Of a DNA stretch of 64,000 nucleotides, positions 1-12,067 are shown in pieces. The notes beneath the pieces were generated by a model. The model made no database searches. It saw only the letters and a list, made by a program, of their open reading frames with translations, and was not told the origin of the DNA. The DNA comes from Zootoca vivipara (Eukaryota), in assembly GCF_963506605.1 (NCBI RefSeq), contig NC_083277.1:95356001-95420000 (forward strand), in the 5' to 3' direction. Position 1 is the first letter of the stretch. Every line of letters starts with the position of its first letter. Both the position numbers and the translations under genes were made by a program.

Positions 1-1492
1 CAGATCATGCTACTCTTAGGCCTTTTCCAGGCCTACGTCCCTCTGGGCTATGTCATCAGTAGGTGAGCTGAGGGGTGGGGAGCTAGAGGGTTGATCATCT
101 TAAAGAGCACAGGGGTTGATGAAGCCTATATTCTGACAGTCATTCTTTTTTTTCTCCCAGGGTCTCTCCATCCCAAGCTTGTGGGCTCTTTACTAATTAT
201 TCAACTCCATGGGAGGCAGTACCTAAGGCTCTGTCCCATTTACCCATGTCAACACAACGTGCCTTGAGCTATGTGACATCCAATGTCTTTTGTTTCTTAC
301 TTCTGATGGTGCTCAGGTGGGTACTTTGGGAGGGACATGGATGGAGGAATACCAAAGGAGGGAGGGCTGGCCATATGTTATTGAATTATTTGCAAGGCAA
401 GCAACCTCCTGGTTCTTGGCCTGGACCCTGTTGGAAAAGTGGTGTGTTACCGTCACTGGCCTTACCAGCCACAGAACAGCCTCCACAGCTCCTTTCAAGC
501 TAAATCTGACCATCTGCCTGACCACTCAGGGCCACTTGAGCAAGAGACCTTGAGCAAGAGACCTCCCCTCTATAAACACTACTTATTATCTTCTACTGCT
601 TCACCCCAAAAGGAAGGTGGCTCAAGCACACCTTGTGCTCAGAGTGTGTGATTCCAATGGTAACTTTGCCACTAATAAAAAAGGAGTGTAGCTTCCCCGC
701 CCCCCTTTTAGTTAATGAAAGTCCCATAGTTCTGGCAAATGAATAGTCACATTTGAAAAAATTACTGTACCAATATTTTAGGAACTACACATGACAGCGT
801 AGCTGTGGATCCATTGAGTGGTTCGGAAGCAGATGCTGCAGCTGAACTAAGCAGGTGTGGAGCTGGTCAATCCCTTGTATGGGAGATCAATCCATCAAGT
901 GATAAGGATGGAATTTTTCAATAGCATCAGCATCAGACACTTGCTAGCACACCTGATCATCACTTTGATGCTTTGATGTTACTAGCAGGAAAAAGAGGCT
1001 CCTGGTGAGCGACCCAACTACAAATGCTCTAAAACAGATTGCTATTTCTGTTTAACCTTGATTAAATTTAACCTAGCAGATGGTTTTGTACTCACCCAGC
1101 CTATGGCAGGTGGCATCCCATTTCCCAGTCTGGCCTGGTGTATAAGTGGGAACCAAGATTCCACAAACTATTGGTGTGATGGCCTATTTTTCTCTCATAG
1201 CCTCATCCTTACAGCGTACGTTTCTCAGGTGCAAGCAAACAGACACATCATTGAAAGGCTGAAGAGGCAACGTGTGCAGGTAAAGTGTTCCTGCCATGTT
1301 ACAGAAGGATGCCAGATGGCGTGTAATAATCATGCACCTCTGGTAACCCTCTGACTGTGTGATGATCTGTTCTCTGGCTCATGTAATGTTAGGTTATGTA
1401 ATCTTTTCTCCTTTTGCTCCTCTGTCTAGTGTGTCAAGGAGAAATGGTGTTTGGTGAGGAAGCTGGCTCAGCAGCTGGTGAAACAACTGTGA
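1..1492 (+). CDS. TMC8: Transmembrane channel-like protein 8 (EVER2), 3' part; exons <1-62, 161-316, 1201-1279, 1430-1492
   Basis: Spliced translation QIMLLLGLFQAYVPLGYVISR|VSPSQACGLFTNYSTPWEAVP...FCFLLLMVLS|LILTAYVSQVQANRHIIERLKRQRVQ|CVKEKWCLVRKL resembles the TMC8 C-terminus (VPLGYV, CGLFTNYS-PW, SQ-QAN, EKW-LV). Introns are GT-AG and in frame. TMC8 precedes SYNGR2 in mammals. The last exon ends at TGA 1490-1492, which overlaps a possible donor (CT|GTGAGT). Confidence 0.8.
844..890 (+). mobile_element. Degenerate 5S-rRNA-derived (SINE3/AmnSINE-like) fragment
   Basis: gaactaagcaggtgtggagctggtcaatcccttgtatgggagatc resembles the 5S internal promoter region (gaagctaagcagggtcgggcctggttagtacttggatgggagacc); heavily diverged. 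Confidence 0.35.
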
Positions 1493-2193
1493 GTTGGGTT
1501 GCGGTGGGGAAAGGCCTCCCAGAGGATGAAAACTTCTGGTGGCAGGGCAAAGGCAGGAAAAAATGGCCTTGCTCCTGAGGAAAGCAAAGACCACAGAATG
1601 GTCAAAACATATCTGGATTAAAGAAGCAAGAGAAGCCCCCCGAGTGTGATTTGAAGATTATATGCTGGAAGACCTCAATTTCCTGTGAACACAAGTTGGC
1701 TCATAGAGCTACCCTATCATACCCTTTATCTTTTAAATAGGTACAATACATACATCTTCACTGTGTGTTCAGGTCCCTGGGATGTACATTTGGTACCTAA
1801 TATCATATCTTCCCTGTGAGTTGCTGTACCTTATTTGGCCAACTTCATGTTAGAACAAGTTCCTGCAAGCCTGAAAATGATGTTTTGGGGAAAGAACAAG
1901 GTGTATGGCAAGAATATATACAGCTTTATTACGCCAAAGTAATTCCAATTCAACAAAAATCTGAAACTGAGTATGTCACCAGTCCTCACTGAGGTGGATT
2001 GCTTACTAACTGGATCATGATCTTTTGGTATTGCAAAATAAAACAAATGCTTTGTCAAATAAATGTCAAGAGGGCATGGGTATAAGAGTCGTGTGTTGTA
2101 CACAATGTGGGTCAGATTGACAATCACATGAAGAGTTCTGCATAATTTGGAAGCTTGCATAGTCCTAAACCAACATTCATCAATCTGTCAAAA

Positions 2194-2675
2194 CAGTGGT
2201 TTTCAACCAGTGTGCCATGGGGTGCCTTGAATGATGGTCAGGGGTGCCACGGGCAACACTGGCCTCTGCCCCTTTCCTTTCCTTCACTCCCTCCTCAGAT
2301 GCCCTCTCACGTTGAGGCTGTTGATTGCAGCAGCCCTGGCTACAAGCTTCCCAGGGGATTGGTGTCTCGGAAGCTGTCCAGGTGGTGCTTCTCAGGCCCG
2401 TGTAGGGCAGTGTGAGGAGGCACCTCTCTTTAGGGCAAGGGGGGGCAGCTCGGAGACCAGGGCGGCAGCTGCGGCTTCCAAGAGGACTCCCAAGGAGAGG
2501 GGAGAAGAGAGGAGGCTGAGGAAACACTCCAGAAGGGATGGTGTTTGAGAAGGGGTGATGGGCTCCCAGCTCTGCAAGGGGTGACATAACTGGACGCCTG
2601 AGCCCCACAGGAGTGCCACAGAAAGAATGTAGTTGGTCAAGGGAGCTGTGGACCCAAAAAGGTTGAAAACCTCTG
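2194..2675. mobile_element. Non-autonomous hAT-like DNA transposon (~480 bp)
   Basis: Terminal inverted repeats cagtggttttcaacc / ggttgaaaacctctg; a second, truncated copy lies at ~36043-36441. Confidence 0.75.
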
Positions 2676-3321
2676 TATTAAAACATACACTCCCACCATG
2701 TTGCACCTCTGTGTCAGGCAAACTTGGAAACTGTGGTCCAAACCTTTCATACCTTCCCCTGTGTTCTATATCTATTAGCAACACTCTCCCCACTTAAGAC
2801 TGTAAGCGGCAGATATCTTCATACACATCTGGCCAGATGTGAATTCATGCTGTTGTCTAAGAATCAAGCCTCGTGTCTCTTCTTGCTGCATGCTGTGTGC
2901 AACGCGGGGTTCCTGCGAGTTCATCCAGTAACTACAGAATGTAATGCATTGTTTATAATGTGGCACTCTCAGCAGACTCTCTGAACAGATATCTGACATG
3001 TTCTTTACAGAGAAACAGAACAGTATTGGCAATGTCTGGAGACGGCTTAGTTAGGCACAGAGTCCAGCGGTCAGAGGGATTGGGTGTTCTATACAGCTAA
3101 ACCATTTGTGGCACCTCTCTCTTAAGAACTCTTATTCAATGTCTTTGCCTCTGTTTTTTAAATTCACATTTGCACTGCTTATAGTTTGCCCTGCAACAAA
3201 CTAGGTGCTCTCAGACCATTTCAAGAACCAGGGCTTTAAATGGTTTTGCTTCCAGAGAAGCCAGCCCAGTGAACCCAGATATGTACTAGGGGATAAAGGT
3301 AAAGGTAACCCTGACCATTAG

Positions 3322-3544
3322 TTACAGGTAGGTAGCCGTGTTGGTCTGAGTCGAAGCAAAATAAAAATAAAAAAATTCCTTCAGTAGCACCTTAAAGACC
3401 AACTAAGTTTATATTTTGGTATATGAGCTTTCGTGTGCATGCACGTGAGTGTATCTGAAGAAGTGTGCATGCACACGAAAGCTCATACCAAAATATAAAC
3501 TTAGTTGGTCTTTAAGGTGCTACTGAAGGAATTTTTTTATTTTG
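3322..3544. mobile_element. Penelope-like element terminal repeat, inverted (hairpin) arrangement
   Basis: Starts ttacaggtaggtagccgtgttggtctg; ~3357-3444 is the reverse complement of ~3465-3544; 12-bp TSD cctgaccattag (3310-3321, 3545-3556). Confidence 0.75.
3451..3488 (+). ncRNA. Minimal type I hammerhead ribozyme motif (Penelope-associated)
   Basis: gtat-CTGAAGA-a-gtgtgcatgcacac-GAAA-gc-TC-atac: both conserved core boxes, hairpin stem II, palindromic AGCT stem III, stem I gtat/atac. Confidence 0.7.
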
Positions 3545-6325
3545 CCTGACCATTAGGTCCAGTTGCGGACGACTCTGGGGTTGCAGCGCTCATTTCGATC
3601 TATAGGCCGAGGGAGCTAGTACTAGGGGATAGTACTAGCAATAATGAGTTAGAGGCACTAAGTGACAGCTTACAAAGAAAATAAAATCTGCCCTTTAGGA
3701 AACAGCTGCAGAGGATGTGGGCTGAGGTTTATTCACCCGACAGCTGACCGTATCCTTATGGGTGTCTTCCAACTGTCAAGAGGTGTGAAGGAGAATTGGG
3801 TATATAAACTAAGAGAACAACCCGTAATCCTCTTTTCCACCACAGGAAACTATATGGGGGACAGCCTCACTTGGTGCAGTGTTCTACCAAGTTCAATATA
3901 GTGCCCCGCTACCTCTGACCTGGCTGGTCTCCATGCCAAGAGAAGGTCAAGAAGGCAGCAATGGCTCTGAGGAGGTGAATGGGCTTAGGAAGTCTGGGTT
4001 ATGGCAACCTCTGGCACTTGCCATGTTTCTACTGAGAGACCTGGCTGGGCTACTCTATACTGAATGGTTATTCTTTGTTCCCTGTACTGGGCCAGTGCTG
4101 GATAAAGCTTCCTGTTCCTCCTCAGCAAATGAAATCTCTGGCCTTCTGTCAAAGGTGGGGGAACTACATATCCCATTATCCCTGTTGTGACACTAGACCT
4201 GGATGGAGTGATGGGAGTCAAGAGTCCAACAACAGGTTCCTCACTGCTGTTTTATATGCATCGTTCAGACATTACTTACGTTGATTCTGTTTCCTAGGGC
4301 AGCTAAGACCGTATTTCGTCTCCCTCTGGAATTTTAGGTGGAACAGAAATATTTCAACAAACAAACAAATGGGCCAGGACTGTGCAGATAAAACATCAGT
4401 TCTGAGAGCTGAATAGCACATTCAGCTCTTCTTCTCTGATTTAGGACAGATTTAGGATTGTTGTCTCCGTTGTTGTTTTTGGACAAAGCTGTGGCAAGAA
4501 ATTGGATTTCCTGGGTGTTTTCCATCCATTGTAATAATCCCACCCAATTATCACCCCCATCTTCTTTTTCTCTGCCAAGAAATAAATATGGAATACTCAC
4601 TCCTTTTGTCACTCTAGTTCAGGGGACTGTAGTTCATTAGGAGATTCTAAGTTTCAATTTTTAATTAAAAAATAAATAAAAATTAGATCCGTTTTATCCT
4701 TCACAGAGCAAACCTCTCAACAGCTTGGTTTTTTACAATGAATCTATGCTAGTTTCAGCTACCTTTGTGGTGCAAGAAAAGAGTGTAGTATAATCATAAT
4801 AAAGTCTTCCTGTGGTCTACTCGGATTTTGTTTGAGGAGGGTTTTTTTTAAAAAATAGTATAACCCCAACACTCTCTAACAGGGATCCTACTGCCCTGCG
4901 TAAAAGTGCAAGCCTGAAGTCCATTGGGGTCCCCCATCAAGTGAACTAAATAGCCATAAATCAGACAAGTTCAAAACGATTTTGAAATTGTATTAATCTA
5001 CAAACACAGACAAAGAAAAGAAAAAGCAACACCTACAAAGCTACTTGTTCTTATGTGAAATGGTTTCTTAGCTTGCAAGCATGGGTGACGTCTGATTGTC
5101 TCAAGAATTCCACTCGGGGTGGAATTCAACACTGCACTATTAAAAATGTTCTGAGAAAACATTTCAGCTTACCAGAAAGAATTCATCCTGTGCACTGTTC
5201 TAAGGGTTCTCCCCCCACACCCTCAAGACAATTTGAGAGGGCCCATGAATGGGAAGAGATTCGGAAAAGCACCTTTGTGCAACGCTTCCACTGACATGGT
5301 TCTTTGGGGGAATCCCACTGTCTGGGTCTGGTTTCTTTTCCTGCTTCTATGATCACTTACACTCTAGAAGTTCCTCCAGTTTCTCCTGAAACTGTCAAAC
5401 GACAACCTTTCATCTTTTACTATGGACATTCAACTTGTGGTGTCTTTCCCCCTATATTTCTATCTTCACCTTGATGATAATTTCTGACTCATTTTCTTGC
5501 CCTGCTGTCCCAGGCAAGAACATACCGGTATTACTTAATCTTATTGTCTAACACAGTATTCCCCCATTTTGTTCCACAATTCTATCATTAGTCTAGACAT
5601 CTGTTAGGCTGTGGTAATAAAATATCCTAGCCAAGCATATTATTGCTGAAATCTGCAACTTACTCATATTTGCAGCTGGAACCCCGTGCGAACCCATTCT
5701 AGATTTAAAATCTTGCCCACACATTTGCTATGTGCCAGGTATCACTTCCACTTGCTCTGTAAGCTTTAGCTGCTTATACCGTAGCTATGAAACACCGACT
5801 ACACAGTCTCATGATTCTATATGCCCAAAATTCTGGTTTTCTCTATAATTAATAATAAAATCATTTACAGTATTAGCTATATTGAATAAGCACACAATAC
5901 CATGGAACTGCAAGTTAATCCCACAGAGCTACAATTTCCAGTACTCTTATCGAACTAGTTCCCATAAATTGTTGAGCTTTTTTTTTTAACGAAAATGAAA
6001 AAAAACAACAGAAATTTCCCCCAGATGTCACTTCTGCCTTCAAAATCCCATAATGTCAGGGAAAATCTGGACATATGGCAGCCCTACATAATTCTCTAAG
6101 GGAAGCCATATGCTTAAAATGTATGGGGTTGCATTATGTTAGCACAAGGATTATTACCAGTGCAAAGGGACTTCACTCCCTCCCCTCCCCTGTGCACTAC
6201 CTAAATCTGTCCTAGGTGTTTCCCCAACCTTCCAGAGCAGATGCAGTAGGAGATTTAAGTTGATGTCCAGATCCTTATTTCTAGTTCTCAGTCCTTTTCT
6301 ATTAGCATGGGGCAGTATAAATGAG

Positions 6326-6403
6326 TTACAGGTAGGTAGCCGTGTTGGTCTGAGTCGAAGCAAAATAAAAAAATTCCTTCAGTAGCACCTTAAAGACCAA
6401 CTA
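6326..6403. mobile_element. Penelope-like terminal fragment (no ribozyme core)
   Basis: Near-identical to 3322-3405; flanked by a taaatgag duplication (6318-6325, 6414-6421). Confidence 0.7.
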
Positions 6404-6999
6404 CTGTAGTAAGTAAATGAGGAACTGACGTTTTCATGCCTTTGTGCCCCCAAATAAGATCTAAGGCAAAAACAGGCTGAAATATGGTTTTATATTTTTC
6501 CTTTGTACGGTAGACTAGTTTCTATTTGCACACGCCACACTCTGACGCCTATCTGTATTATTCATGTAAAGTACTTTAAGCAGTCGTGGCTTTCACCCAA
6601 AGAATCCTGGGAACTGTAGTCCGTTAAAAATGCTGAGCATTGTTAGGAGACCTCCTCTTCCTATCATAAAGTTACAATCCCCATTCAATCTCTCTTCTAG
6701 GGGAATAGGGGATGCTAGGAATTATAGCTCTCTGGTGGGGAAAGGGGGTCTCCTAACCTCCCTCACCACTCATAATCTATAGTCCCCAGGATTTTTTTTG
6801 GGGGGGGGCGGAATTATTTAGTGGACTACATCTTATTGTATACCGCTGATGGGGTCCCAGTCCTCCATCCAGAGGAGCAAAGAGGCATTGTCAAAGTTGA
6901 AAGTGCAAGGAAAAACAACAACATCGAAGAGGATATGAAACGGCGCTGGTGAGGAGGGGTGTAGCCTGGGCAGAGGGGTTGTAGGTTGGGGAAAGCTCG

Positions 7000-7311
7000 G
7001 GCCCGCCCGATACTCTCTATCCCTGAAGTACGGCTTGCACCTTAGTTCCAAGCGGCCATAAATCTGAAACCCAGCCTGCGAAGTGCGCTGCAGCCGGTGC
7101 GCAAGCACGAAAAGCCAGCGCCGCTTTCCAGCGAGCCGTTCAAGGCAGGAAACCCGGCGAGCTTCCATGGTCCCGGGTCGGCTCTCCTCCCCTGGGGGCG
7201 GAGTGGAAAGGCGGGGCTTGCGGAGACACAAACACAAGTCGGGGCGAGGCGGGCATCGCGAGTTCCGGGCCGGGAGCGGGACAGCAGAGCGCGGCGCCTG
7301 AGTCATGGAGA

Positions 7312-7347
<36 letters not shown>

Positions 7348-8100
7348 ACGGAGCTGCCAAAGCGGGCGGCACGTTCGACCCGTGGCGCTTCTTGCAGCAG
7401 CCACAGGTCATCGCGCGCATTCTGAGTGCGGTGAGTGGCGTCGGGCTGGGGCTCCGTAACGCAGCGCGGAAGTTGGGCTCTGAACTTTTGCAGAGGCCGC
7501 CCGGCTCCTTTCTAAACAGCCCCCACTGCACCCCGGGCAAGTCGGTGCGCGCGCGCCCACAACACGCTTGGCCGCGAAGGAGGGCGAGCTAATGCCCAGG
7601 GTGCCACTTCTAGCTAGTGGCCCAGGTGAAGCTGGCGTAGCTGAGGTGGGGCCGTTAGGCACCTGGGCCGTGTCTCCTGCCACCAGCAGCACCCTAGGAC
7701 GGGAAGTAGCTGAGGCGGAGCAATGCAGTGTCATGCAGTGCCGTCGGGAATGGAGACACCTGCTGGAGGCAACGGAAGCCGCCGTCGCCGCCGCCACCCC
7801 GGGCGTCGGCTAGGAGGAGTCTCTCCTTGTTCCGCTTCTGAAGAAGACGCGTGGCCAAGTCCTCTGGAAATTATCCAGTTAGGTTCGGGCTGGTGACGGG
7901 TCGCTCTTGGCCCCCGAAGCCGCATACAGACGGCAGGTGCGCCCTGGCGGCGCGGCTCCCGCGCTGTGCCCCGTCTCTCTTGGCCGGTGGGGAGCCCCGC
8001 GCGTGGGAACCAGGCAGGGGACGCTTCTGGTTGTCGGCCCGCCTTCGGCCACTGCCTCGCTCCCATTCACTTGCTTGGGATTGGGCAACTCTGCCGAATA
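7000..8100. promoter_or_regulatory. CpG island / SYNGR2 promoter and exon 1
   Basis: Dense CpG and GC boxes around ATG 7305. Confidence 0.7.
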
Positions 8101-11100
8101 AAGTCCACCGCTTTGTATTGCGGGTTGTTTGAGGAGAAGCAGCATGGTGGTCATATGGCTGTCAGCTGATAGGCCTTGAGCGGAGCTAGGCTGCTGCCTT
8201 CCTTGTCTTTTGACGAGCTGGTTGCTCAAGGCTTCTGGGTCTGTAACAGAAAGAGGAACGCCCTTCCCTATGGGCAGCATTTGTAGATGGAGAGAAACTC
8301 TTCAGATATATGGAGCGTTTGCTTGGCAGAGAGGAAGAGCGAAACTGCTTAGGAAGCAGCTGGCTCCCGAGTTTTGCTAGACCCAGTAAGACAGATCCTT
8401 TCATGGCTGGTTCCTCCAAAAGAGCGTTTCCCAAGCCTGGGTCTTCAGCTCTTTTGGAATACAGTTCCCATCATTCCTGACCACTGGTCCTGATAACTAC
8501 AGGTGATGGGAGTTGTAGTCCAAAACCAGCTGGAGGAGACCCAAGTTTGGGAAGCTCTGCTCCAAACATTCTGAGGGAAAGTTATGCTTCTAGTCCTCTG
8601 GTTTTCAGTGAGGGTTCTAGGAGCATCTTCCAGAGGTGATGTGAAATCCTGACGATAATGGCACTCCTTAAGGACAATCTAAAATTATTATAAGGTACTT
8701 ATAATGGGAGGAGGCAGGCACGGAGGGTTGAAGTTATGTAGGAAATCATGTCATGTTAACGGGTTAACATGCCCGAGTCCTGCTTGCCTCATTTGAAAGA
8801 CATTTTCTTGAGAGGTGAGCAAGTGTACTTCAAGCGTGCTTGGTTTTTGATCTGTGGCTGAGAGCAGCTTGTTACTGGTGAGGAGAAAATGACAGCTTTA
8901 AAATTAGTTGGGGAGGTGGAGAGCTCTGTCTGAACCCTGAAGTGGCTTTGTCTGAAAAGTCGAGGGAAGGCTCCTCAGCCATTTGTATGGTTCTCTTTCT
9001 GGGATGCACCGATCTCCAGTGCCAGGGGGTCTCAAACAAAACTCCTTAGCTGGTATGGTGTCTAGCTCCCATCTATAATTATTGCTCCTCTTTTCCTTAG
9101 GGTGAGGTTTGAACTATTGAGGCCTCTGCTGCTCCGTACTTTGTTCAGAATGAATGCAATGCAGCTCTCAGCTGTGCACAAAGATGCAGGTTGGGACCTT
9201 GCATGGGTAATGTTTTGCATAGAGGTGGGATTTCAGGATTTAGTGGTCCCAAGTTATGATGTTAAAAAGCACATGAAGCTAAGCAGTAACTGGTCTGGTC
9301 AGTAACTGGATGGGTGACCACCTCAGAACATGTACACTGCTGGGTTCCATGATGGCAGAGAGATGGGATATAAATGAAATCATGCTTGATTTGTGCCTTA
9401 ACGGAAGCACCTCACTACTCTGGAAGATGGTGGGTAGCATTGTACTTTTTTGTTGTTGCAGATTTTTGCACTCATTGTTTTCTCCTGCATCATTGGTGAA
9501 GGCTACACCAACCGTCCTTCTTCCGACAAGCTGTTCTGCATCTTCAACCACAGTGAGGATGCTTGTCGTTACGGCATTGGCATCGGAGTGATTGCCTTCC
9601 TGGCTTGTGTATTCTTCTTGATGGTGGATATCTACTTCCCACAGATTAGCAATGCCACTGATCGCAAGTACCTCGTTATGGCCGACCTGGGCTTCTCAGG
9701 TATTTCTTATTGGGAGGTGTGACATGAAACAAGTCCTTGTGGGGAGGGAGGGCAAGGCACTGTACATTTTCTCTTCCTCCTCTATCTTTTCCCCACCCCC
9801 TTTGCAGAGCTGGACAATGCCTCCCCTTGTTCTGCTCTCAGTATGATGTGAGTCTGGAACAGCTCAGCTCCCCTGGCATGCTGCCTGCTAGGGCTTGTTT
9901 TGTCTGAATGAAAGTGTCTTCCAGGAGAGACTGCCTGTGTTCCTAAAAACACTGGGATGCTATATTATTGGTAAAGAGCGATGCTGGGCAAGGAGGAGAC
10001 GCCGTTGAATTGGTGCCCCTTTGTTCCCTGACATAAACACCATGTGCCTTAATACCTTGAAAAAAAATGTCATACATTTCTTTAAGGAGGCTTCTAGATA
10101 GTGTTTGTTCTGCTTTGAGAAACAGGAGATTCTGGACTCCTATTCTAAGCCTCTGCCTAGATTAACTAATAATCAAAACTTGGCCCACACATCCTTCTGA
10201 GACTGTTGCAGAATATGCCAATTTTTGATCAGTGTAAAGTCTCCTCCAGACTGTCAATGCTTTGTGGGAGGGATTCAGGTGCATACCAGAACTTCAAAGC
10301 ACTTTAAATCTGCAAATCTAAAGTGCTTCGTTACCCTAGCCTAGAACAATTAATCCATTAAACAAATTCCTGTATATTCCTGCATATAAGGCTACTTTTT
10401 AACCCAGGAAAATCTTCTCAAAAGTCAGGGGTCATCTTAAACGCCGGGTCGTATTTCTTATACGGCGAGTATATCCTAAACTCTATATTTTAACTGGAAA
10501 AGTTGGGGGGCGTCTTATACGCCCAGTCGTCTTATACGCTGGAATATACAGTATGTAGTTTGGAAGTGATGGGGGGAAAGTGTGATGCATTGAAAAGGGT
10601 GAAATAAACAAATGACTAACAGGAAGACGTGGAACATCCCACAGGCAAATCAGGATGAATGCTCATAGTTACATAACTGCCCCGCCCCCAAATTATAAAT
10701 GAATGCTCAATAACGATCAGACAAAAAGCAGGGTAGGTTTTGCACAAGCAAGCTGGAAAGAATGTTCATTAAACAAGTTGTCTGGAGGAGCTGTAGAATT
10801 TCCTGATAACCAGAGCACAAGTGGCAGGTATTTTATCATACAGTTGTAGCCCCAGTTGATAGCAGGAGCAGAATGATAGTGCTCTGTACTGCAGGCTTCC
10901 CCAACCGGGTGCCCTCCAGATATTGCTAACTATCTCTGACCATGGGCCATTCTGGCTGCAGTTAGTGGGAGGTGTCTCAGCACACCTGGAGAGCACCAGG
11001 CCGGGGTAAGTTGTTCTCCTTAACATCAGCTGAAGGGTACCTGTGCTTCTGTTAAATTTGAAGAGACTGGCAGAATAACCAGCAGGTAAGCAAAAAGAAA

Positions 11101-12067
11101 TAGAAACCTACAGTTGTATCCAGTGCTGTGCAAACAGAATGGGATGTTCCCCTCCTCCTGCAGCCTATCCCAAAATCAGCTCCAGAGGGTTCCCAAGCCT
11201 CAGGAGCTAAGTTTGAGGGCGCATTGGGGGTAGAGCTGGGAGTATTGCCTGCCTAGAAGTCTGTTTTGACACTGAAGCTGTGGCATCAGATACAGCCCTT
11301 AGAACATGACTTATAGTAGGCCTTCATAGTCTGTTAATAAGTCACCCAGTCCCTTCCATTCTTGCTAAATATCTTTTTTCCCCGCTCTGTGCAGCTCTCT
11401 GGGCCTTTCTGTGGTTTATTGGGTTCTGCGTGCTGACAAACCAGTGGGCATCAACATCGCCCCAAGATGTATTGATTGGAGCCGACTCTGCCCGTGCTTC
11501 AATTGCCTTCAGCTTTTTCTCCATCTTCTCATGGGTGAGTAAAGCCCAAGGAAGTCCAAGGTTGAAGTCAGGCAGGCTGTAGGCTGTGCCAGCCCTGAAC
11601 TGGGCATTGGCTATGAAATTGATAATTAAGTTTGCCCACGCCTGTTAAACTGAGCTCAAAACAAGTAACTAGCTCAGATCTCTCTGGCCATTGCTTCACA
11701 AGGTGGCCAGAGAATTTCCCTGGCCTTCCCATCTGAAACAAAGCACTACTACTAAACTACCTTACAGAGGAATGGCTTGTATAAATGATTGTTGCATGTG
11801 ACCAGCTCTTCACAGACCGATCCTGGTCCTTGCCGGCCAGAGCTAATAGCTCGTTTCTGTCCACAGGGGCTCCTGATCACCTTTGCACTTCAGCGCTACC
11901 GCATGGGGGTGCAAGATTTTGACCACAGCTACGTTGACCCAGCTCCAGGTCCTGTGCCCCCCTACTCAAGCTACCCCAATGTTGGTCATGAGAGTTACCA
12001 GCAGCCGCCCTTCACTCCTCGCACCGGAGAGGACTCTGAAGGCTATCAGCCTCCGCCTGTGTACTGA
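7305..12067 (+). CDS. SYNGR2: Synaptogyrin-2 (MARVEL domain), 234 aa; exons 7305-7430, 9462-9699, 11395-11534, 11867-12067
   Basis: MES(G)10AYGAAKAGGTFDP...IFALIVFSCIIGEGY...ACRYGIGIGV...ISNATDRKYLV...ADSARASIAFSFFSIFSW...EGYQPPPVY; all GT-AG and frame-consistent. Confidence 0.96.
7314..7343 (+). repeat. (GGC)10 coding microsatellite (poly-Gly)
   Basis: Read directly, codons 4-13 of SYNGR2. Confidence 0.95.
8421..8559. mobile_element. Palindromic hAT-type MITE (~135-bp family)
   Basis: Internal inverted symmetry around gaccactggtcctg; ctccaaa flanking duplication. Confidence 0.7.
10370..10551. mobile_element. Tc1/mariner(pogo)-like MITE
   Basis: TIRs ctgtatattcc...ggaatatacag; internal gtcgtcttatacgc subrepeats; TA on the right flank. 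Confidence 0.65.

Larger units (their letters stand above)
3296..3618 (-). mobile_element. Sauria-SINE 3' fragment interrupted by a Penelope-like element
   Basis: aaaggtaaaggtaaccctgaccattag...gtccagttgcggacgactctggggttgcagcgctc; flanked by a 13-bp TSD gtactaggggata (3283-3295, 3619-3631). Confidence 0.7.

Noticed and set aside
2155-2793. Overlapping 86-142 aa ORFs, and similar ORFs at 35899-36432
   Set aside because: They lie within two copies of a non-autonomous hAT-like repeat; no protein motifs.
5055-5294. ORF containing CSKGSPP as a possible C17orf99 Ig exon
   Set aside because: Appears to sit in a degraded squamate repeat; no matching splice sites or second Cys/Trp pattern.
6833-8280. 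Many ORFs on both strands around SYNGR2 exon 1
   Set aside because: Stop-poor CpG island; only 7305-7430 matches a protein family.
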